A stretch of DNA of 64,000 nt from a bacterium (GTDB lineage: Bacteria; Hydrothermota; 32-111), in contig JAWOBN010000073.1 of NCBI GenBank assembly GCA_046484245.1, positions 1-64,000 of the forward strand. The letters are read 5' to 3'. Positions within the stretch are counted from its first letter, which is position 1. The number at the start of each line of letters is the position of its first letter. The translations under genes and the position numbers were made by a program. Below the pieces are notes generated by a model that worked only from the letters and a program-made list of their open reading frames with translations, made no database searches and had not been told where the DNA came from. Shown piece after piece: positions 32,901-42,042 of this stretch.

Positions 32901-34415
32901 ATGTCAGCTTTTCTCAAGAGGGATTATGAAAGCGTGTATCAGGATTATCCAATGGAATATAATACAAATAATGTCAATAATTTCCTCTCAGATGAGATAA
33001 ATCAATTAGCCCCCAGAGATAATGATTACAGTATATACTACTATGTGTCACTAACTGATACTGAGGGCAATATCTATACAACAGGCAGAAAGTCCTATTT
33101 TGTCAAATCCCTCCCTGACATTATGATTGATACATCGGATATTGAATTACTGTCAGTCAACAGGGAACCGTTTCTCTCTGCACTTGTTCTCAACTACAAG
33201 GAGTATCAGCTGAGCAATGTAAGATTTGATGCATATGCTGCAGATAATGCTGATACCTCAATGATCGCTTTTTTATATAAGGATATTGCAGGTCAAAGAG
33301 ACAGCCTTAATTTCAAAATTGAAGAGAATATCTATATCAATGACTTCCTGGTATTTGCAGATTCAGACAGTACTGTTCATGAAACGAATGAGGCAAATAA
33401 TATATTCATGATTGATTCAATGAATCTGCTGATAAAATTGATTGACGGAGCATTGAGTGATTCATTCTTCGGATTCTACGGTTCCAGCTGGCTTATAGGG
33501 GATAAAATGAGTCATCTCGGTTCCTTTATTGCATTTACAACAGACAGCATATTCCCGGACAGTATTGTCAGCCCGCATGCAGTATCAGGTTATCCGGAAC
33601 CATTCCAGTATGATGTGTTTAATGGTGATACCCAGGACATTGAGCTTTCAATGTTTCTGGATAATCCGCCTGATGATGCTTCACTTGTCGGCCTGATGCG
33701 GTATAATGAGGCATACGGGGGTTATGAACTCATAAGCAGTAGTGTCAATGATACTCTCAGTATAATTGCCAAGCCGGGGCATAATAAATACATTCTTGGT
33801 GAGCATTCTGATTCCACTGCTCCATCCATCCAGATATTCATTGAAAACAGGGAGTTCAGTGACAATATCCTGCTCAGCAAGTACTGTGAGCTCTCAGTTG
33901 TAATTGAGGATAATGCCAATATTGATACGGAAAGTATTGTACTTCACTTGAATGATGATACACTCAAGCAGGATGAATATTCATTGAACTTAAGCAATAA
34001 TGGCAGGAATGCATCCATCCGCATTAAAAAGGAATTGTCTGACGGTATGTACACCTTCACAGCACAGGCATCCGACATATATAATAATACATCATCCCAG
34101 TCACTTGAATTCAGGGTGGAACAGTCATTTCTCATATCACGGTCAGGCAGTTTTCCCAATCCGGCATCAGGCAATAATGTGGTTTTTGCATGCAGGTTAA
34201 CCCGGGAGGCAGCAGATATGGAGATACATATATTCAATTCATCGGGAAGAAGAATTGACAAGATCTCAATGGGTCCTGTTGATGGACCAATTGTGTCATA
34301 CAGATATGATGTATCAATGTATCCCAATGGCACATATTACTATTATTTCAAAGCAGCTGACGGGGATAATAAACAGATCAGGTCAAAAACCGGCAAGATG
34401 AGTGTTTTAAGATGA
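29928..34415 (+). CDS. C25 (gingipain/PorU-like) cysteine peptidase with C-terminal sorting domain
   Basis: GYYRI, GDYIEFAG, FVLLAGDG, SDNYY, GVSRFP, SHG (His, codon 32088), YSCN (Cys, codon 32190), GGAIG; C-terminal FPNP...IFNSSGRRI...NGTYYY. Confidence 0.9.
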   Translation: MVRLIKIFILILIIFTSIWLLGDFRLSDEDGSMTVVYTPGPDSSGTGILLPPGDDYSIDVNPQYLYSSISGRDIWFQDYHILMLPALNERYQVTVRYTKALPQGRIIKPHNEIARGLEHAVLNKGHIDKFIEGRKPVPVNNAKSSGEPIVKFTVDSTGYYRIFYSQIQTHSPIDLQTIDPDLIQLFCNGNEIAINITGDSDSVFGPGDYIEFAGHRKYGENTYYDRYNFNRNIYILHINGNTGARYIIDNQAVPDSLVKDTVETAMKTLHIEKDSMFYRLTTSDADTNDFWYDSYIVDPQDYEFNVYLKDRSQLSDIISFSTRLHGVSHLGINPDHPTDIYINNSLIASVNWNDQTPYLYENDSVSVSSPTLTVRLQANSVPGDTSTGDSTLFNAILFDWAEISYLSELRAENGRCIFSPDKEYGYGYFQFNIGGFSSGDIVIVKNNMTIITDYTVSYDSLNNSYTVLFKDRVMSPGIEYFVYENPSVDTPLKIESVIDSNLANAGNRGNTVIIVPQGLKSEMNGIDQLIDGDVYIAGTQEIYNEFSHGFVSPDGIRDFLRTAYYNWEIPPMFVLLAGDGSRDCNNHKEMREHYIPNTYVYGLTDFGYAPSDNYYARIVGDDVIEDIGVSRFPARNSNDIETLKAKIVNYSDSRNQGTHFLRSIIAYDTVDYIRSEYDSRELAEMLPHYLYREYMHTFQDWSTDFLYELDQGASIVNVMSHGAAQMIGYGMFLRKYDVLRLKNINRMPFFTVYSCNTAEYDYIDPDSLSIGEAYMLAPHGGAIGYYGSSGTSEAGRNAVLSKSVFKQFTQRDIFNMSNIVRLGELDYFFKSNQDPNDPHNYRSRDIINYNLFGMGFMDLRIPPMSSSQLQMSSYELSPGDTLTVQYSDSAVYHGNMESIIINSDDYPVVKNHAGIINGTGENSMIIPDSVETGNLRLFTIAYNPDTAIMYESYPSIGNIGIKLFGLTPESPDTNELFRVFARVNDTVMLQSMSAFLKRDYESVYQDYPMEYNTNNVNNFLSDEINQLAPRDNDYSIYYYVSLTDTEGNIYTTGRKSYFVKSLPDIMIDTSDIELLSVNREPFLSALVLNYKEYQLSNVRFDAYAADNADTSMIAFLYKDIAGQRDSLNFKIEENIYINDFLVFADSDSTVHETNEANNIFMIDSMNLLIKLIDGALSDSFFGFYGSSWLIGDKMSHLGSFIAFTTDSIFPDSIVSPHAVSGYPEPFQYDVFNGDTQDIELSMFLDNPPDDASLVGLMRYNEAYGGYELISSSVNDTLSIIAKPGHNKYILGEHSDSTAPSIQIFIENREFSDNILLSKYCELSVVIEDNANIDTESIVLHLNDDTLKQDEYSLNLSNNGRNASIRIKKELSDGMYTFTAQASDIYNNTSSQSLEFRVEQSFLISRSGSFPNPASGNNVVFACRLTREAADMEIHIFNSSGRRIDKISMGPVDGPIVSYRYDVSMYPNGTYYYYFKAADGDNKQIRSKTGKMSVLR

Positions 34416-35389
34416 AGAGAATATTATTGCTCTTATCACTGATTCTCTTTATTACGGGTCTTTACCCGGATACTGAAGGGATACTGGAAATATATCCCAC
34501 TTCAGCAGGCATGGCAATGTCAGGCAATACAATAAGCAGTGAATTTGCCGGATACGGTGTATTCTTCTACAACCCTGCATTGAGACATAAAGATCATTCA
34601 ATGAGCATATACTATGAGCACAAATTCCTCACAGGGAATCTGTCTCAGTACAATTCAGCCTTTATTACACTGCCTTCAATCAAGAATATCAATGCACAGA
34701 TAGGTTATCTAAATCAAATTATAGGGGATATACCTGTCTATCCAGAATTCCCCACAGATGTGGATTCTGTTGATTTTGACCCTCTGGGGTATTTTTCCGA
34801 CAATGCCAATATCATTCTTTTCAATATAGGGTATGACCTTGATCCCGGAGAGTACAGTGTATATGACATTAGTGCAGGATTCAATATCAAATATATCTAT
34901 CATAGGATTTATGACTATACGGGACAGGGATCTTCTATTGATGCCGGCAGCATAGTGAGATTGTATCCCGGCCGTTTCACCTCTAAAATAGGAGGTGTGA
35001 TAAAATGGTCATTAGTTGTGAAAAACCCCGGCGGCCTGTCAGTAAAATGGGACACCCCGTCAGCAACAGTCAATAGAAGAAACATGAATATTTTTACAGG
35101 ACTGGGTTATTCCAATGAGATAAGAATGATTGATTCGGAGGTTTACACTGAAGTCAATTATTCAACTGCAGAGAATGCTATGCTGGGTATATCAGGCGGT
35201 TTGACATTCCGTCAATTCATCAGTGTTTATTCCGGATTGAATATAAGAAAGGATTATTCGGATGATTATGCCATATCCGCCCCGGGTGGAGGAATCAGTA
35301 TAAGCACTATCGGATTTGATGTCTATTATTCTATATCAGGTTCGGATCTGGGAATGAATCACTCAATCGGAATTGGCTATTCACTATGA
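34412..35389 (+). CDS. PorV/UPF0164-like outer-membrane beta-barrel
   Basis: Signal peptide; AGMAMSG, FFYNPAL, GFNIKYI, SIDAG, C-terminal HSIGIGYSL; directly follows the C25 gene. Confidence 0.8.
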   Translation: MKRILLLLSLILFITGLYPDTEGILEIYPTSAGMAMSGNTISSEFAGYGVFFYNPALRHKDHSMSIYYEHKFLTGNLSQYNSAFITLPSIKNINAQIGYLNQIIGDIPVYPEFPTDVDSVDFDPLGYFSDNANIILFNIGYDLDPGEYSVYDISAGFNIKYIYHRIYDYTGQGSSIDAGSIVRLYPGRFTSKIGGVIKWSLVVKNPGGLSVKWDTPSATVNRRNMNIFTGLGYSNEIRMIDSEVYTEVNYSTAENAMLGISGGLTFRQFISVYSGLNIRKDYSDDYAISAPGGGISISTIGFDVYYSISGSDLGMNHSIGIGYSL

Positions 35390-36378
35390 ACAAACAGATG
35401 AATGATAAGCTGATAGTGATTGCAGGCAATAATCCCGATGAGGCAAAACCCCTTATCAAAAGGATGAAGGAACAGTATATTGACCCCGGTTTTACTGAAT
35501 TTGATTTCCTGGAAGTTTACGGTGATGATATTGAAATTGAGGAATTGAGCAATACACTGTTGTCCATTCCCATGGTATCAAGCAGGAGAATTGCAGTAAT
35601 ACTGAAAGGATTCTCTATTACTGATAGCCAGGCAGCTGATATTACACACACAGTAGATGAAATGCCTGAGTGCAATACATTGATAATAAATTATGCTGAT
35701 GAAGAATCCACATACTCCTCCAATATGAGAGAAGCAGCCGGAATGTTCCCCGATGCGCGCTTTGTGAAGACATACAGGCAGGACACAGTGGACGAGGGAT
35801 TTGTGCGCAGAGCAATGAATGCAGAAGGAATAGAACTCTCCAATGACAGTATTGAAACCATTATGCATATATCAGACGGTGACCGCATAATAGCTGATAA
35901 TCTTATCAAGATAGCCTGGATGGTAAACAGCAATGATACATTCAGACGGATTGTGGATGATAAGACAACATTTGATTCTGCTCCATTCATGCATTATGAT
36001 TTCCTCAGCAGTTTTTTCCTCAAAAACCCAAATAGATGCTTTACATTTTACAGAAAACTTGTAAAATGGAATGTGCTGGATGAGGACAGGATAGTCATGA
36101 TGCTTCTTTCCAATATCAAGAAGACCATGACTCTCAAGTTTAATTATGAAACAATAGATAAGGAAAGTATTGATTTGACAATACCGGTGAAGAACAAGAG
36201 TTCCGGGAAATACTCCCAGCTGAGAAGAGAAAAGGAAATCATTCTCAGCAAATGGGGCATGGATGAACTGCAGCATGCATACTGCAGAATATATGATGTG
36301 CTGAGAAAGTTCAGGACAATACCGAAGAAATTTGCAATTCTGAATTTTGAAGAAACATTAATTGATATATTAAATTAG
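35386..36378 (+). CDS. holA: DNA polymerase III delta subunit (divergent)
   Basis: IVIAG, EFDF..VYGDD, L.SIPM.SSRRIAVI, GIELS..SI; about 330 aa. Confidence 0.7.
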   Translation: MNKQMNDKLIVIAGNNPDEAKPLIKRMKEQYIDPGFTEFDFLEVYGDDIEIEELSNTLLSIPMVSSRRIAVILKGFSITDSQAADITHTVDEMPECNTLIINYADEESTYSSNMREAAGMFPDARFVKTYRQDTVDEGFVRRAMNAEGIELSNDSIETIMHISDGDRIIADNLIKIAWMVNSNDTFRRIVDDKTTFDSAPFMHYDFLSSFFLKNPNRCFTFYRKLVKWNVLDEDRIVMMLLSNIKKTMTLKFNYETIDKESIDLTIPVKNKSSGKYSQLRREKEIILSKWGMDELQHAYCRIYDVLRKFRTIPKKFAILNFEETLIDILN

Positions 36379-36387
36379 GGGGCAAGT

Positions 36388-37269
36388 ATGGATTTTAAAC
36401 AATTGATGCAGGAGAAACAGGATATAGAGAATAAAATCCGTAAACTGGAGAATATGAAGCAGGACATAAAACCTCAGGTTTATGAGAAGATCAAGAGTGA
36501 TTATAATGACAGACTCAATGACCTTGAGAATAATATCAAACAGAATACTGAAGCGATTATGCAGGAGAAAGCCAATATTGAGCATGAGATTGAGGAACTG
36601 GACAATTTGTCGGAAGAGCTTGAGACAGAATTGCAGGAGATAAGGGTAAGGATACAGCTTGGTGAATACAGTGAGGAAGAATATACAGATAAACTGAAAG
36701 AGAAAGAAGAAAAACTCAATGACTATAAATTACGCAGGGATCAGCTCACAATCAAGCTCAATGAATACAGTATGATAATTGAGCAGGAAGGGGTGCCGGA
36801 TGAAGATAATGAAATTCCCGAGGATGCCTCTGCTGCTATTATGCCGGAAGAAGATAAAACCGAAGAAACAGAAGAATTGGAAGAGAGTATTCCCGATATT
36901 GCAGAGCAGACTGCAGATGAGGATCAGCTTGGAGCAGAGCCGGTCAGTGATGTGGGCAGTGAGATAAGGGAAGAAGAAGATATAAACGAGGATGAAGAAA
37001 ATCCCCTCAATGACATACTTCAGCCCGCACTGCAGGAGAATGACAATGAGGATGCTGATGAGAGTGCGGAATACACTGAAGATGACGATAAGGATGAATC
37101 AGAGGGAATTGAACCCATAGACACGGGTCTGGACCAGTTCCTTGAAGAGGAGAATGAAGGGGATGAAGAAGATAAGACAATGGAGGGCCTGAAGTGTCCA
37201 AAATGCGGGCATATCAATGACCCCAACAGTATTACCTGTGAGAAATGCGGAACTGATCTTTTCTCTTAA
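36388..37269 (+). CDS. Coiled-coil protein with acidic linker and C-terminal zinc ribbon
   Basis: Heptad-rich N-terminus with LGEYSEEEY; D/E-rich middle; CPKCGHIN...CEKCG. Confidence 0.8.
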   Translation: MDFKQLMQEKQDIENKIRKLENMKQDIKPQVYEKIKSDYNDRLNDLENNIKQNTEAIMQEKANIEHEIEELDNLSEELETELQEIRVRIQLGEYSEEEYTDKLKEKEEKLNDYKLRRDQLTIKLNEYSMIIEQEGVPDEDNEIPEDASAAIMPEEDKTEETEELEESIPDIAEQTADEDQLGAEPVSDVGSEIREEEDINEDEENPLNDILQPALQENDNEDADESAEYTEDDDKDESEGIEPIDTGLDQFLEEENEGDEEDKTMEGLKCPKCGHINDPNSITCEKCGTDLFS

Positions 37270-37274
37270 AATGG

Positions 37275-38636
37275 ATGATATCTAAGAAAGCTTCCTTCTA
37301 TACATTCAGTATTTACATAAATACTGTTCTGGGCGCATTACAGGGAATTGTAGCAGCCCGGCTCCTTGATCAGTATTACATGGGGTATTTCTCCCAGATC
37401 AAGGTAATCCTCTCATATCTGCTCATGATAAATTTCGGCATAATCAATGGATTGCTTATTGTTCTTCCCAAAGCAGACAAACAGAAGAGGATGGAGTATG
37501 TATCAACTGCATTCTGGCTCAGTCTGGGGCTATATGCAGTCGGTGCAGCCGCATTTCTGATTGTATTCTTTATCACAGGCGATTATATTCATCTCTATAT
37601 TGCATTGATATTCCCTATTTACGGAATTAAAGAGGTTCCTGTCTATATAATGAGGGGCAAGGGGGATTTCCGCAAACTTGCAGTATTGTATATACTGATT
37701 TCATCCATCTCTTTTCTATCCATTTCCCTGTTCATATATTTCTTTAAATTCAAGGGCGCATTGGCAGCACTGGCTTTTAATGTGACTGCCTATCTTGTAC
37801 TGGGAATTATTACAGGCCGCATTGATATTAAATTTAAGATAATAAAAGACAGGGCTAAGGAATTACTGAAGAGAGGCATTTACATTTATCTTATTGAATT
37901 CTTCAGATTCATCAAACGGTCAATGGAAAAATTTGTAATGATATTCATTATTTCGCGTGAGGTATATGCAGTATATACTGTCGGAATAGTCATGGTGTCA
38001 TTCTTTGATATTATGCCTTCCACAATCTTCCAGTATCTGCTCCCTGATTTTATTAGGGAGAATAAGAAATGGTCACTGGAAAAAATGGGCACTATGATAT
38101 CATTTGTAACAGCAATTATGACTGTGCTGCTTCTTATCGGAATGTATTTATTCACAATACTGGTACCGCTTATTATACCGGGTTATGAGCAGTCACTCAG
38201 CATATTCTATCTGCTCACGTTTACATCCCTTATCAATATATGGAATTATATTATTTACAATAAATTTGTTTCCGAAAACAAGATAAAATATATGTATATA
38301 TCCCAGTTTACAGGCCTCTTTGTCCTTCTGGGACTTATAGGACTGGGTTATTTTATTTTCAATACTGATTTCTCCAATATTATTATTATTGCAGCACTGA
38401 TTCTTACTGCCCGCTCATCGTATATTGTATCTCTGGTTTTTCTCTTTATAAAAAAGACAAAGATCAATATACTGAGCACCTTTTCCTTTCCCATGACAAT
38501 AATCAGCATATTGACAATAGTGCTGGCAATATACCTTATATATAATTTCATACATATTCTCCCTATTGTAATCATTGCTTATATCATTCTATTTTACAGA
38601 AGGTTTTTCAGATGGAAAGAACAGTTGACCTCATAG
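37275..38636 (+). CDS. Wzx-type oligosaccharide flippase
   Basis: ARLL...MG.F, INFGI; about 12-14 TM segments; glycosyltransferase context. Confidence 0.8.
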   Translation: MISKKASFYTFSIYINTVLGALQGIVAARLLDQYYMGYFSQIKVILSYLLMINFGIINGLLIVLPKADKQKRMEYVSTAFWLSLGLYAVGAAAFLIVFFITGDYIHLYIALIFPIYGIKEVPVYIMRGKGDFRKLAVLYILISSISFLSISLFIYFFKFKGALAALAFNVTAYLVLGIITGRIDIKFKIIKDRAKELLKRGIYIYLIEFFRFIKRSMEKFVMIFIISREVYAVYTVGIVMVSFFDIMPSTIFQYLLPDFIRENKKWSLEKMGTMISFVTAIMTVLLLIGMYLFTILVPLIIPGYEQSLSIFYLLTFTSLINIWNYIIYNKFVSENKIKYMYISQFTGLFVLLGLIGLGYFIFNTDFSNIIIIAALILTARSSYIVSLVFLFIKKTKINILSTFSFPMTIISILTIVLAIYLIYNFIHILPIVIIAYIILFYRRFFRWKEQLTS

Positions 38637-39472
38637 TTGTCCTGTACAATAATGCGGAGTTCTTTTTCAGGAACAATTACAGTACACTGACAAATAATAA
38701 TATCAATATCATTGCTGTGGACAATAATGACAACAGCAGACTTATGGAGGAATATACTGATATTCAGTATATTAAACCGCGCGGCAATATCGGCTACGGC
38801 AGTGCTGTCAATGCGGGGTTCTCCGAGGTCAGATCCCCATACACTATTGTATGCAATGATGATATTGTAATATCCCCCGGCAGTATAGAGCACATTGTTG
38901 AAAGGATTCCCTATTACAGCAGAAACGGATACTCAATAGTAGGATTCAATGTATATTCGCCTGATTCCCGGCGCAGAGGCGTGCATAGAGCAATCTACAA
39001 TCCTTATGTCATCCTGTATCACAATTCATTTATACCTGCAATTCTCTCACTCTTTTCCGGTCAATCAGGATATGCCGGTGTATTTGAGACAATGCATTAT
39101 CACAAATCATCCAAACATGTACGCGGTGTATCCGGTTCATGCTTTATGGTCAGCAGCAGTGATTTCAGGGCATTGAATGGTTTTGACAGCAATTACTTTC
39201 TCACATATGAGGAGATTGATCTCTTCAGGCGGTTCACATTGAATAAACGCATTATATACTATGACAGAGATATACTGATCAAACATCTGCACGGATTCAC
39301 CTCACAGAGAATAATGCTTACCCAGGCATACAGGTCAATGTCCTATTTCCTCTCCAAATACTATAAGAATATCAAAAATCCCGTGGAGATACTTGTTCTT
39401 TTCTGGTTAATAATAAAATCATTCCTCACAGGTGACACATATGCATTCAGGAATTTTCTTAACAGAAAATAG
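38612..39472 (+). CDS. Glycosyltransferase family 2
   Basis: IVVLYN, AVDN, NIGYGSAVN.G, NDD, SGSCFMV, GFD..YFL..EE.DL. Confidence 0.93.
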   Translation: MERTVDLIVVLYNNAEFFFRNNYSTLTNNNINIIAVDNNDNSRLMEEYTDIQYIKPRGNIGYGSAVNAGFSEVRSPYTIVCNDDIVISPGSIEHIVERIPYYSRNGYSIVGFNVYSPDSRRRGVHRAIYNPYVILYHNSFIPAILSLFSGQSGYAGVFETMHYHKSSKHVRGVSGSCFMVSSSDFRALNGFDSNYFLTYEEIDLFRRFTLNKRIIYYDRDILIKHLHGFTSQRIMLTQAYRSMSYFLSKYYKNIKNPVEILVLFWLIIKSFLTGDTYAFRNFLNRK

Positions 39473-40772
39473 ATACCGGCTCATACTGCTGATACTGATT
39501 ACAGCTGTAAGCCCCCTGCTTCCCGTTCGGGGTATGACAGAGGGTATGTTCATTATTGCATTTCTACTGCTCATTCTCATTGTGTCACGGCACCTGCTGG
39601 GCAATCATTCACTGTTCATTGTTATTATGCTTCTATACGGCATATTCTCCCGCCTTATATTCTACAGTGCAGGGGGTATGCAGTACAATCCCGTATTCCT
39701 CCTTCCTGATATATATATAATTATGTATATAGATGAATTGATTCATGCGCTGAAGGATATGAATAGATACAAGAGGGCGGGCCTTCTGGCATTTATAATA
39801 CTATCTGCAGTTTACTCCACATTGCTCAGTCCCGGAGATATTATTGTTCAGGCGATTTCACTGAATATACTGATAATACCCCTGCTGTTCTTTCTGATAG
39901 TAGGCAGTGTCAAGAAAATTATTGACATAATGGAGATAATGGCGCCATTTATAATCGGATACGCAGTACTGCACTTTGCAGGCATACTGCCTGTATTTGA
40001 TGCTTACTGGATTGATGTGAATCATATGAATACATTTGACTCAATTAAAGTGGGTGGTATTATGCGGCCCCTTGCATCATTTACATCTGTTGAAGAACTC
40101 GGCATATTTCTCATGCTGCTGATGGTAATCCCCTTTTACAGAAGGACAAAATATACTCTTATAATGGGAATAACCGCATTATCAATGCTGCTCATATTCT
40201 CCATACGCATGCCCTTGATGATTTTTTTGGCTTTCGTGGTTTTATTCCTCATAAGCAGGCGGCAGTATAAGATTCTCGGTGTCACAGTACTTATAATTAC
40301 AGGAATATCAATAATGGTCAGCCGTTCTGATATAATGAAACCCATTCATTCCAGTGAAACGGGTATGGATGTTATTGTAAGACATACACTGGAGCCATTT
40401 GGCAATATATTCTCATCCTATTCCCTGGAGAAGAGGATTGTAACAGCACACAGGAATATTGAGATAATAATGGAAAATCCCGCGGGCCTGGGTTTCAATG
40501 CAAACCCGAGGATTATGGAACATAAGAAAAATATACACGAAGCTGAAAGCAGTTTCATCCAGCTTGTATTGGGAGGCGGCATACCAATGCTGATATTCCT
40601 TGCAGGCGTATATATTGTATCCGGGATAAGTATCTTGAGAAGCAGATTCGGATTAAAAAGCGGTCTGCTTTTTATCTCTCTTCTCCTTATAATGTTCACG
40701 CATGCACTATCCCTTCATTTTATAGGTCCGCTGGTATATCTTTGTATAATAAGGGGGAATTATTTTGAATAG
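39432..40772 (+). CDS. Wzy/O-antigen ligase-like membrane protein (start uncertain)
   Basis: Many TM segments; R..ASF, SIR, periplasmic loop with S.EKR, NPAGLG, H.AES...L...GG. Confidence 0.7.
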   Translation: MTHMHSGIFLTENRYRLILLILITAVSPLLPVRGMTEGMFIIAFLLLILIVSRHLLGNHSLFIVIMLLYGIFSRLIFYSAGGMQYNPVFLLPDIYIIMYIDELIHALKDMNRYKRAGLLAFIILSAVYSTLLSPGDIIVQAISLNILIIPLLFFLIVGSVKKIIDIMEIMAPFIIGYAVLHFAGILPVFDAYWIDVNHMNTFDSIKVGGIMRPLASFTSVEELGIFLMLLMVIPFYRRTKYTLIMGITALSMLLIFSIRMPLMIFLAFVVLFLISRRQYKILGVTVLIITGISIMVSRSDIMKPIHSSETGMDVIVRHTLEPFGNIFSSYSLEKRIVTAHRNIEIIMENPAGLGFNANPRIMEHKKNIHEAESSFIQLVLGGGIPMLIFLAGVYIVSGISILRSRFGLKSGLLFISLLLIMFTHALSLHFIGPLVYLCIIRGNYFE

Positions 40773-42042
40773 ACCAATGGAAATACTGGAGAGACAGAGA
40801 CAGGCAACTGCACGGAGTATTGAATATACCGACAATTTGATTCAACCGAGCAGTCAGCTGAAAATATTCCAATATTCATTATTATGGACAGTTTACAGAA
40901 CAATCACTGATGAGGACTACAGGTTCAGGCCGAAAATGTCCAGACCGGCAATACTTTTCAGCGGGCAGTTGCCGCCTGACAGGTATTATCTGCATTCAGG
41001 CAATATCCCCGGGAGTATTATTGAAGCATTTGAAAAGAACCATATTCACGGTATGGACCTGAGACTGACGGGAATGGGAATTGGTTATATTATTTCCGGA
41101 GCCCTTAAATTCCCCCGTTCATTCAAGTATAAAAATATCTATCAGATAAAAGACAGTATAGAGACAGAGCGCAGTATCAGAGACCTTATCAATTCAAATA
41201 TTGTTGATATTGAGAGATTCTCATCAGTATTGGACAAATTGTTCTGTGAGAAAAAACCCCTCTTCATACTGCTTGACCAGGACAGGACAAAATTCAGACG
41301 GATTATTGCAATGAAGGCGCATCAGCATTCAATTCCTGTCTATGTGATTCAGCACGGGATGACACCTGCCTGCACTGACAACAGTATCCCGTTTGCAAAT
41401 GAATCATTCTTTCCCATTCACTGTGACAAAATCTTCACCTGGGGCAGACATGCTGCTCAATACCTGATAGAGGGCGGGGTAAATCCCGAAAATATCATTG
41501 AGGCGGGCAATCCGTATATACCCGATATTGATGACAGTATCCGCCCTTCAGGGGAACTGCTTGTTATTGACCAGCAGTTTGAGGGCCAGGAGGAGGAGAG
41601 AGAATTCTCATACAGAAAGCTCACGGATGCTCTGGAGTCATCAGGCAGAGAATACAGCATATATCTGCGCAATGATTATAACCGGGAGTTCCTTACGAAG
41701 ATAGCAGGCAAGGGAAGAGTGCTTTCATGGTCAAAGGACAGTGCAGCAGCAAATATGCTGAAGCACTGTATCACACTGGGGTTTTACTCATCTGCATTAA
41801 TAGAATCCATTGCTCTTAACAGACCTGCTGTTGCATGCGACTTTATGGGCAGAGGCAATGTAATGGGATTTGAGGGCAGGGGACTGTTCTATGCAGACAG
41901 CAGTGATTTTGAAAGGAGTATAGAGCAGGCGCTGGAAATATCAGGAAGAGCAGATCTCAGCCGGACACTGCAGAGATTCTGTACCAGAAGAGGTCCGGAT
42001 GCGGGGAGATTCATTGCACGGAGTATCATGGAGATGTTATGA
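40765..42042 (+). CDS. Surface polysaccharide biosynthesis protein (GT-B, sialyl/glycerophospho-transferase-like)
   Basis: IP.YVIQHG, DKIFTWG, GNP, SSALIESIALNRP. Confidence 0.65.
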   Translation: MNRPMEILERQRQATARSIEYTDNLIQPSSQLKIFQYSLLWTVYRTITDEDYRFRPKMSRPAILFSGQLPPDRYYLHSGNIPGSIIEAFEKNHIHGMDLRLTGMGIGYIISGALKFPRSFKYKNIYQIKDSIETERSIRDLINSNIVDIERFSSVLDKLFCEKKPLFILLDQDRTKFRRIIAMKAHQHSIPVYVIQHGMTPACTDNSIPFANESFFPIHCDKIFTWGRHAAQYLIEGGVNPENIIEAGNPYIPDIDDSIRPSGELLVIDQQFEGQEEEREFSYRKLTDALESSGREYSIYLRNDYNREFLTKIAGKGRVLSWSKDSAAANMLKHCITLGFYSSALIESIALNRPAVACDFMGRGNVMGFEGRGLFYADSSDFERSIEQALEISGRADLSRTLQRFCTRRGPDAGRFIARSIMEML

